DNA of 64,000 nucleotides from Escherichia coli (GTDB lineage Bacteria; Pseudomonadota; Gammaproteobacteria; Enterobacterales; Enterobacteriaceae): NCBI RefSeq assembly GCF_002854065.1, contig NZ_CP024147.1; one strand, 5' to 3'. Shown piece by piece: positions 56,409 to 64,000 of this stretch (position 1 is its first letter; each line of letters starts with the position of its first letter). The notes under the pieces were generated by a model. It saw only the letters and a program-made list of their open reading frames with translations, ran no database searches and was not told where the DNA came from. The position numbers and the translations under genes were made by a program.

Positions 56409-58103
56409 TTAATTACCAGCGACTTGTTTTGGGTTAAGTTTGGTAATATGGCCACTTTCAGTTCCTGCTGCTGGGTCGATTACCACATTAATAATGGTCG
56501 GTTTGCGCGACTGAATACCGGTGGTTAAAGCATGACGAAGTTCATCTGTCGTGGTGACGTTATAGCCAACGCCACGAAACGCATCCATTAATTTGTCATA
56601 CCTTGCATGGTGCAACAGATCTGTTGGTGATGGTGCACCAGCGCCACTGAGATCAACACCGTCTCCTCTGTAGATGCCGCCATTATTAAAAATAACGATC
56701 GTCACCGGCAGGTTATATCGACAAATTGTTTCAATCTCCATCCCACTGAAACCAAAAGCACTATCACCTTCAATGGCGACAACCGGAGAACCAGAGGTCA
56801 CGCTAGCACCGATGGCATAGCCCATACCGATGCCCATGACACCCCAGGTACCACAATCCAGACGACGACGTGGTTTATACATATCAATAATATTTCGTGC
56901 ATTATCCAGGGTATTTGCCCCTTCATTTACTAAATAAATATCCTGGTTCTCGCGCAATACATCGCGCACAGCACTTAATGCATTAAAGTAATTTAATGGT
57001 TGGGTATCTGTACTCAATTTTTCATGCATTTTTTGTGCATTTTGCTGCTTGTGGATATTTAAAATATCGCGCCATACCAGTGGAGTCGTAAATGTGTTTT
57101 GTTTCAGTTCTGCCAGCATACCTTGCATACTGGATGCAATATCGCCAACGACTGGCACAGCAATGGGGCGGTTGCTGTCAATTTCCTGCGGTTCAATATC
57201 CAGTTGAATAAACTGTGTATCTGCCGCCCATCCTTTTTTACCGTGTGCCAGTAACCAATTCAGTCGTGCACCAACAAGCATGACAACGTCAGCATTTGCC
57301 AGGGCAAACGAACGCGCAGCTGCCGCAGAAAGTGGATGCGTATCTTCGAGGATCCCTTTCGCCATAGACATTGGCAGGAATGGAATCTGGGCACTTTCAA
57401 TAAATTCACGAAGCTGTTCATCAGCTTGTGAATACGCCGCGCCTTTGCCAAGGATAACTAATGGTCGTTCAGCTTTTGCTAAAAGCGAAATTGCGCTAGC
57501 GACTGACTTCGGGCATGGCAATAATGCTGGCGACGGATTTTCAACTTTTACAATCGTGGTTAACGCTTCGTCTTTTTCCATCGTCGCGGCCAGGACATTT
57601 GCTGGCAAATCAAGATAAACTCCGCCAGGGCGACCCGATACTGAGACCCGGATAGCGCGTGCCAATGCAATGCCAAGATCCTGCGGCTGATTAACGCGAA
57701 ATGCTGCTTTGGCATACGGTTTTGCCGCATTCATTTGGTCCAGCTCTTCATAATCACCTTGCTGTAGGTCGACGATCGCGCGGTCGCTGGAGCCGCTAAT
57801 CATGATCATCGGAAAACCATTTACCGTTGCGTTGGCCAATGCGGTCAAACCATTGAGGAATCCTGGCGCAGACACTGTCAGGCAGATCCCCGGTTTTTGG
57901 GTAAGAAAACCGCTTGCCGCAGCGGCATAGCCTGCCGACTGCTCATGACGAAAACCAATATAACGAATGCCTTCCGCCTGGGCATGGCGTGCCATATCCG
58001 TCACAGGAATACCTACAACACCATAAATAGTGTCAATATTATTCTGTTTTAATGCTTCAACGATGATATGCATACCATCTGTCATTTGAAGTTGATCTGA
58101 CAT
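56409..58103 (-). CDS. oxc: Oxalyl-CoA decarboxylase (ThDP-dependent)
   Basis: 564-aa ORF; ThDP-binding motif GDSAFGFSG...NN. Confidence 0.92.
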   Translation of the reverse strand: MSDQLQMTDGMHIIVEALKQNNIDTIYGVVGIPVTDMARHAQAEGIRYIGFRHEQSAGYAAAASGFLTQKPGICLTVSAPGFLNGLTALANATVNGFPMIMISGSSDRAIVDLQQGDYEELDQMNAAKPYAKAAFRVNQPQDLGIALARAIRVSVSGRPGGVYLDLPANVLAATMEKDEALTTIVKVENPSPALLPCPKSVASAISLLAKAERPLVILGKGAAYSQADEQLREFIESAQIPFLPMSMAKGILEDTHPLSAAAARSFALANADVVMLVGARLNWLLAHGKKGWAADTQFIQLDIEPQEIDSNRPIAVPVVGDIASSMQGMLAELKQNTFTTPLVWRDILNIHKQQNAQKMHEKLSTDTQPLNYFNALSAVRDVLRENQDIYLVNEGANTLDNARNIIDMYKPRRRLDCGTWGVMGIGMGYAIGASVTSGSPVVAIEGDSAFGFSGMEIETICRYNLPVTIVIFNNGGIYRGDGVDLSGAGAPSPTDLLHHARYDKLMDAFRGVGYNVTTTDELRHALTTGIQSRKPTIINVVIDPAAGTESGHITKLNPKQVAGN

Positions 58104-58156
58104 GATTAATAACCTCGAAATTTTTATAAATTGGGAGCCAGAAGCTCCCGTTAATA

Positions 58157-59407
58157 TCAGATGGCGTGGTTTTGCTTCATTGCAGCAATTTCATCGTCGC
58201 TATAACCCAGCTCCCGCAATACCGCAGCGGTATGTTCACCTAATAGTGGCGCAGCTTTAATATCTGGCGTAAAGGCAGAGAATTTCATTGGACAACCAAC
58301 TGTCAGATATTTTCCACGCAACGGTTGTTCCACTTCGACAACACTGCCACTTTGGCGTAAAGAGGGATCAAGTGAAATTTCTTTCATACTTAAAACCGGT
58401 GCACAAGGAATATCAAACTGAGTCAAATAAGCCACTGCTTCATGTTTATCAATAGTGACAGTGTATTTTTCGATTTCAGCAAAAATATCGAAAATATGTG
58501 GCTGTCGGGCATGGGCTGTACTGTATGCCGGATCGGTAATCCATTCTGGTTTGCCGATGGCTTTACAGGTGTTTTCCCAGTTTTGCTCCTGAATAGTGAA
58601 ATAAATATAGGCGTTAGGATCTGTTTCCCAGCCTTTACATTTCAGGATCCATCCAGGCTGACCGCCACCACCCGCATTACCTCCGCGGGGAACTGCATCA
58701 CCAAATGTACCATTCGGATACTGCGGGTATTCTTCCAGATAACCCAATTTATCGAGACGCTGCTGGTCGCGTAATTTCACGCGGCAAAGGTTCAATACGG
58801 CATCCTGCATTGACATGGTGACTCGTTGCCCACGCCCCGTTTTTTCGCGATGCAGCAAAGCAGCAAGTAAACCGATCAGCAAATGCATTCCGGTGTTGCT
58901 GTCTCCTAACGCTGCAGCGCTTACCAGCGGCGGACCGTCCCAAAAACCCGTAGTGGATGCCGCGCCACCCGCTGCCTGAGCAACGTTTTCATAGGCTTTT
59001 ACATTCACATAAGGCGAACACTCATCAAACCCTTTGATCGAACCAAAAATCAGACGTGGATTGATTTCTTGAATATGCTCCCAGGTGAAACCCATGTGAT
59101 CAATGGCCCCTGGATGAAAGTTCTCGACTAAGATATCAGCTTCGCGGATCAGCTTTTCCATTACCTCTTTGCCTTCCGCTGTTTTGGTATTTAACTCAAT
59201 AGAACGTTTGTTACTGTTAAGCATGGTGAAGTAAAGCGCATCGATATCAGGAATATCTCGCAGCTGGTGACGCGTTACGTCACCAACGCCGGGGCGTTCA
59301 ATTTTAATGACGTCAGCGCCAAACCAGGCCAGCATTTGAGTACAAGATGGGCCAGATTGCACACCGGTGAAATCGAGAACTTTAATTCCTTGAAGTGGAG
59401 TTGACAT
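58157..59407 (-). CDS. frc: Formyl-CoA:oxalate CoA-transferase
   Basis: 416-aa ORF; family III CoA-transferase; adjacent to oxc. Confidence 0.92.
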   Translation of the reverse strand: MSTPLQGIKVLDFTGVQSGPSCTQMLAWFGADVIKIERPGVGDVTRHQLRDIPDIDALYFTMLNSNKRSIELNTKTAEGKEVMEKLIREADILVENFHPGAIDHMGFTWEHIQEINPRLIFGSIKGFDECSPYVNVKAYENVAQAAGGAASTTGFWDGPPLVSAAALGDSNTGMHLLIGLLAALLHREKTGRGQRVTMSMQDAVLNLCRVKLRDQQRLDKLGYLEEYPQYPNGTFGDAVPRGGNAGGGGQPGWILKCKGWETDPNAYIYFTIQEQNWENTCKAIGKPEWITDPAYSTAHARQPHIFDIFAEIEKYTVTIDKHEAVAYLTQFDIPCAPVLSMKEISLDPSLRQSGSVVEVEQPLRGKYLTVGCPMKFSAFTPDIKAAPLLGEHTAAVLRELGYSDDEIAAMKQNHAI

Positions 59408-59919
59408 AGCAATACCTATTAGTTAATTAAATATGTGTTAATTTAGCGTTTATTTAAGGCATAACGCCCTCTATAAATAATCCGCAAAATATCGTCGTAG
59501 CGGCACTCGATATTTTTAAATTCCCGTATCAAGTGCTGAAAATCATTTCATCGCCACTTCCAATTCCTTTCCGCATGGTAAGTAGTGAGGACGAAAAGAA
59601 GAATATGATAAATATTGGCTCGCGGTAATCAGAGAGAGCCGCGACATTTGTGATGTTATTCTTACAACTGTAAGAAGCGCCGGTGATTTACAAGCAAGGG
59701 TATGATTACGCTTTTTAAAGCGTACCATAAAACATAACATAATAAATGATTTGTGATGACACGGGATTATTGCGGTTTACTTTGAGGAATATAAAATGCG
59801 AGTTTATAGAACCGCGAGCGCCAAATAATTTTATGACCACAACCTGTCGTATTGTGGTCATAAAAAATTGTCGGCTGGAGGGAGTTAAATCCTTTACCTC
59901 AATATACTGCCTGTCAGCA

Positions 59920-60552
59920 TTAGTTCACAAACAGTGCTTCGCTATCGACGATGATTCCATCTTCCGCACCTTTAAGCGCCAGGTTTGCCTCGTAGTATTG
60001 CTTTTTATCAAGCAGTTTCTGCGCATCAGCAAGTGCATTACGAGTCTGTTTAAGCGGCATCAGATATTGGTTTTCCATTACACCAACACCGGCCAGGCGA
60101 AGCTCTTCCATTGCGCCCTTTTTATCCCCTTTCGCCATTTTTTCATTGGCAATTTTTATCGCGGCTTCTTTTTCGGGTGTTGCTACATAACTCTCAGAAA
60201 TTCCGACAGATGCATTAATGACAATATATTGGTCATCATTGAGATTGGTCTTTTTACCTGGCTTAGCGAACTTTGCCCATTCGGTACTGTCATCTGACAA
60301 CAAAGCGGAAGCTTCATTGGTCAGTTCTTTTGCCTTTTCCGGATCGCCATGAAACAGAGCCAGGCGCGCTACCTGCACGTCACGCATCGCATATAAACCT
60401 TGTTCAGAGATACGCTCTGCTGCTGCCGTTTTCTGGGTTTGCTGAACTTGCTGAGTTTGCTGTTGTGCCGCTACCGGTGCATTATCAGCAGCCCATACAG
60501 TTGAAGATGCCAGAATAGCTGTGACCATCGTAGCCATAATTAAACGTTTCAT
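59920..60552 (-). CDS. yfdX: Periplasmic protein YfdX (EvgA-regulated)
   Basis: 210-aa ORF with signal peptide [21 protein letters not shown]. Confidence 0.85.
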   Translation of the reverse strand: MKRLIMATMVTAILASSTVWAADNAPVAAQQQTQQVQQTQKTAAAERISEQGLYAMRDVQVARLALFHGDPEKAKELTNEASALLSDDSTEWAKFAKPGKKTNLNDDQYIVINASVGISESYVATPEKEAAIKIANEKMAKGDKKGAMEELRLAGVGVMENQYLMPLKQTRNALADAQKLLDKKQYYEANLALKGAEDGIIVDSEALFVN

Positions 60553-60847
60553 ACTTACCTCATTCTTTAACAGTTTTAGAAAACGCCGCCATCATATTGG
60601 GTGAGCATGAAATGAGAAATCAGAGAGCAACGGTCATTTTGAAAGGGTTATCTTACACTTGTAGTTATTACCGCAAGAAGTATTTTAGTCTTACAGTTGT
60701 AGGAATCTGCTTCCTGTCACAGAGAACTATTCTTATATACCACAAAGAGATGTCATTTATTATATCGATGTAAATACTGATTAATTATATGTAAATACAG
60801 CCATAACGTCGTAGGTTTTCAGTGAACCATTTTCAGGATAACTTTCT

Positions 60848-61123
60848 ATGAAAGTAAACTTAATGCTTTTTAGCTTATTTTTATTGGTCTCTATTATGGC
60901 ATGCAATGTTTTTGCATTTTCTATTTCTGGTGGTGGTAGTGAGGCGAGCTATAAAGAGACGGAAAAAACGTCAGCGATGACGACAACTCACTCTACAAAA
61001 TTTCAGCCATCACAGGCGATTTTGTTAAAAATGAGAGAAGATGCGCCACCATTAAACCTCACAGAAGAAATTCCGCCCCCTTTTCCGACAAAGGCGAATT
61101 ATCTTATTCATCCTGTGCGATAG
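60848..61123 (+). CDS. ypdI: Small lipoprotein YpdI
   Basis: 91-aa ORF with lipoprotein signal ...LVSIMAC. Confidence 0.8.
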   Translation: MKVNLMLFSLFLLVSIMACNVFAFSISGGGSEASYKETEKTSAMTTTHSTKFQPSQAILLKMREDAPPLNLTEEIPPPFPTKANYLIHPVR

Positions 61124-61199
61124 CGTCTGTCACATGGCAGGTGAACAATCATGTCTGATGCTGATGTGAACACCTGCCCAAATGAGCCATCCTGACCCG

Positions 61200-61442
61200 C
61201 TATCGCCTGCCATACCCCACCATAAAGCGAATCATCAAGCCACAAGCCGGGGCAAGAAACATAAATATCCCCGTCACCAGTTCATTACCGCCAGTTAACC
61301 ACATGGTGAAGTAATAAATGAGTGCAGCGAGGATCACCATGCCGAAGAAAGAAGAGACCGCCGATACCACGTTCAGTACCTGACCGATGTAGCCGCTTAC
61401 GCAGACAATACACAGGGCGAGAAACATCCATAAATAAATCAT
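61200..61442 (-). CDS. yfdY: Small inner membrane protein YfdY
   Basis: 80-aa ORF with two or three hydrophobic helices. Confidence 0.8.
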   Translation of the reverse strand: MIYLWMFLALCIVCVSGYIGQVLNVVSAVSSFFGMVILAALIYYFTMWLTGGNELVTGIFMFLAPACGLMIRFMVGYGRR

Positions 61443-61794
61443 AGCTCAACCTCCTGCCGCGCTAAAAAACCTGTAACTTCAGTCACTTTAATAGTAAGAC
61501 AATCCTTAACCTCTGGCAATTTTTGCTAAGCATCAATGAAAACAGCATGTTAAATGCAAGACTGTTGTGTACGGAAAAATATTTACTTTGCACGATTAAT
61601 AATCAGTAGCTGAAAGCAGTCAGCGAGTGATAAAGTACAGATACCGCATTCATGCTCCTCGTGGTTATGTCCTGACTAGTCTTTACACTCTTTACAGGAA
61701 CCATTGTCGTACATGATGGCCTAATCAATTGAGTGTACCGCTGTCGACATGGAATCTTCTGCGATACAACAATTCGTATCTACAGAAGGTAACT

Positions 61795-62715
61795 ATGTTT
61801 CCACAATGCAAATTTTCCCGCGAGTTTATGCATCCTCGCTACTGGCTCACATGGTTTGGGCTTGGTGTACTCTGGCTTTGGGTACAGCTTCCTTATCCTG
61901 TTCTCTGCTTTCTCGGCACGCGTATTGGCGCAATGGCGCGACCATTCCTGAAACGGCGTGAATCTATCGCCCGTAAAAACCTGGAACTTTGCTTCCCGCA
62001 GCATTCTGCGGAAGAACGCGAGAAGATGATTGCCGAAAACTTTCGTTCACTCGGCATGGCGTTGGTAGAAACCGGCATGGCGTGGTTCTGGCCAGACAGT
62101 CGCGTACGTAAATGGTTTGATGTTGAAGGGCTGGATAACCTTAAACGCGCACAAATGCAAAATCGCGGCGTAATGGTTGTCGGCGTCCATTTTATGTCGC
62201 TGGAACTGGGCGGCCGCGTGATGGGACTTTGTCAGCCAATGATGGCTACCTATCGTCCACATAATAATCAGCTGATGGAATGGGTGCAGACCCGTGGTCG
62301 CATGCGCTCTAACAAAGCGATGATCGGCAGAAATAATCTGCGCGGCATTGTCAGTGCACTGAAGAAAGGTGAAGCGGTATGGTTTGCTCCCGATCAGGAT
62401 TATGGTCGTAAAGGCAGCTCCTTCGCGCCGTTCTTTGCGGTAGAAAATGTCGCCACAACCAATGGCACCTATGTTCTCTCCCGTCTCTCTGGCGCAGCCA
62501 TGTTGACCGTAACGATGGTAAGAAAAGAGGATTACAGCGGATATCGTTTGTTCATCACCCCAGAGATGGAAGGCTACCCGGCAGATGAAAATCAAGCCGC
62601 TGCCTATATGAACAAGATTATCGAGAAAGAGATCATGCGCGCACCGGAGCAGTACCTCTGGATCCACCGTCGCTTTAAAACGCGCCCGGTGGGAGAATCG
62701 TCGTTATACATTTAA
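61795..62715 (+). CDS. lpxP: Lipid A palmitoleoyl acyltransferase LpxP (cold-induced LpxL paralog)
   Basis: ORF 61729-62715; start chosen at MFPQCKFSREF (306 aa); LpxL/LpxM/LpxP family. Confidence 0.88.
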   Translation: MFPQCKFSREFMHPRYWLTWFGLGVLWLWVQLPYPVLCFLGTRIGAMARPFLKRRESIARKNLELCFPQHSAEEREKMIAENFRSLGMALVETGMAWFWPDSRVRKWFDVEGLDNLKRAQMQNRGVMVVGVHFMSLELGGRVMGLCQPMMATYRPHNNQLMEWVQTRGRMRSNKAMIGRNNLRGIVSALKKGEAVWFAPDQDYGRKGSSFAPFFAVENVATTNGTYVLSRLSGAAMLTVTMVRKEDYSGYRLFITPEMEGYPADENQAAAYMNKIIEKEIMRAPEQYLWIHRRFKTRPVGESSLYI

Positions 62716-63070
62716 CAAACTGCTCTGACTCTTTACCTCCTCACATAAGCCATAATAACCTCATGGTTTTTATGGCTTTTTTCTTAAGGTTTTTTCCTTC
62801 GCTGAATCTCTAATTATTACCGTCAGAAATTAAACTGTCGCCGATATGAGACACCTGTAAGTTACTAAAAGTAAATAAGAAAATGCCTCTTGTCTCGTTT
62901 CAGTTTTAGGCGTACATTAGCGCCGTCTCGAGCAGTTTAGCTCAGAATTCTGGGGTGATGCCCACGGTAAAATACAGGACTTTTAAGGTCGTTTTGCCCG
63001 GTGTCAACTCACTGTATCAGGTGTAATGAAGTCATTCAGGCGTAACAGCAATTACGCGGAGAGATGTAAA

Positions 63071-63142
63071 GTGAAATATTTCTTTATGGGCATTTCTTTT
63101 ATGGTCATCGTTTGGGCCGGTACTTTTGCCCTGATGATCTAA
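63071..63142 (+). CDS. ypdK: Small membrane protein YpdK (23 aa)
   Basis: GTG-start ORF encoding VKYFFMGISFMVIVWAGTFALMI; below ORF-track cutoff; sits between lpxP and alaC. Confidence 0.6.
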   Translation: MKYFFMGISFMVIVWAGTFALMI

Positions 63143-63159
63143 AAGCAAACTGTGCAATG

Positions 63160-63195
63160 AAAAACAGGAGCCATCAGGCTCCTGTTTGCATTTCT
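63160..63195. terminator. Bidirectional rho-independent terminator between ypdK and alaC
   Basis: AAAAACAGGAGCC-ATCA-GGCTCCTGTTTGCATTT hairpin with A-run and T-run on either side. Confidence 0.7.
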
Positions 63196-63206
63196 GAGAT
63201 CGGTGT

Positions 63207-64000
63207 TTATTCCGCGTTTTCGTGAATATGTTTGCTGCTGGCGGGTAGTAAACCGTCGGCACGGAACATCGCTTTAATCCCACGAATCGCCTGACGAATA
63301 CGGTCGCGGTTTTCAATCAGTGCAAAGCGCACATGCGTATCACCATAGTCGCCAAAGCCAATCCCCGGAGAGACACAGACCTTCGCTTCGTTAAGCAATT
63401 TCTTGGCAAATTCCAGCGAGCCCATGGCAGCATACGGTTCCGGTATTTTCGCCCAGACATACATCGAAGCCTTCGGCATTTCGACCATCCAGCCCGCTTC
63501 ATGCAGCCCTTTAACCAATACATCACGGCGGCGTTTGTACTGTTCGGCAATGTCGCGCACGCACTGTTGATCGCCCTCGAGTGCCGCAATCGCCGCCACC
63601 TGCAACGGCGTAAAGGTGCCGTAATCGTGATAGCTTTTAATACGTGCCAGCGCACTGACCAGCGTTTTGTTGCCAACCATAAAGCCGATACGCCAGCCCG
63701 CCATGTTGTAGCTTTTCGACAGCGTAAAGAACTCGACCGCCACATCGCGTGCACCTGGCACCTGCATGATTGACGGCGCTTTCCAGCCATCGTAGACGAT
63801 GTCCGCATAGGCCAGGTCGTGGACCACCAGCACATCGTAGCGTTTCGCCAGCGCCACAACCTTTTCGAAGAACTCCAGTTCCACGCATTGCGCGGTTGGG
63901 TTCGACGGGAAGCCGAGGATCATCATCTTCGGTTTCGGATAACTTTCACGAATGGCGCGCTCCAGTTCGTTGAAGAAATCGACACCTTCCACCAGCGGCA
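63207..64000 (-). CDS. alaC: Glutamate-pyruvate aminotransferase AlaC (YfdZ), 3' part; start lies beyond window end
   Basis: 261-aa C-terminal portion of a class I/II aminotransferase; frame open to the window edge. Confidence 0.85.
   Translation of the reverse strand, partial: PLVEGVDFFNELERAIRESYPKPKMMILGFPSNPTAQCVELEFFEKVVALAKRYDVLVVHDLAYADIVYDGWKAPSIMQVPGARDVAVEFFTLSKSYNMAGWRIGFMVGNKTLVSALARIKSYHDYGTFTPLQVAAIAALEGDQQCVRDIAEQYKRRRDVLVKGLHEAGWMVEMPKASMYVWAKIPEPYAAMGSLEFAKKLLNEAKVCVSPGIGFGDYGDTHVRFALIENRDRIRQAIRGIKAMFRADGLLPASSKHIHENAE

Noticed and set aside
63317..63859. 180-aa minus-strand ORF and 146-aa plus-strand ORF overlapping alaC
   Set aside because: Alternative frames within the alaC coding region; the alaC frame is the one with aminotransferase sequence.

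Overview
Escherichia coli-type chromosome segment. Conserved backbone lies at both ends: yfdF (3' end), mlaA, yfdC and tRNA-Arg (argW) on the left; dsdC-dsdX-dsdA, emrY-emrK, evgA-evgS, yfdE, yfdV, oxc, frc, yfdX, ypdI, yfdY, lpxP, ypdK and alaC (partial) on the right. Between them (about 2668-42750) is a ~40 kb genomic island integrated at argW, opening with a P4-type tyrosine integrase and closed by a 15-bp direct repeat of the tRNA 3' end. The island differs from the K-12 CPS-53 element at this site. It is heavily IS-ridden (IS3, IS21 remnants, IS1, IS600, IS256-family remnants, IS66-family, two IS3-family/IS911-like copies, IS2, IS30) and carries a decayed group II intron, an MFS transporter / Zn-dehydrogenase / GntR module, a degenerate GGDEF pseudogene, a large AT-rich autotransporter and RadC/YeeT/YeeU-type remnants. 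The most notable content is an intact, translationally coupled three-gene operon on the minus strand (11270-17094): a membrane-anchored TerB-domain protein, a P-loop ATPase and a DExH helicase. This matches the architecture described for the Shango anti-phage system. Beside it sit a ~787-codon nuclease/NTPase-like reading frame broken by two in-frame TAA codons and a 3-TM membrane protein of unknown function. All calls come from reading the sequence and the ORF translations; no database or HMM search was run, and gene names rest on recalled protein sequences.
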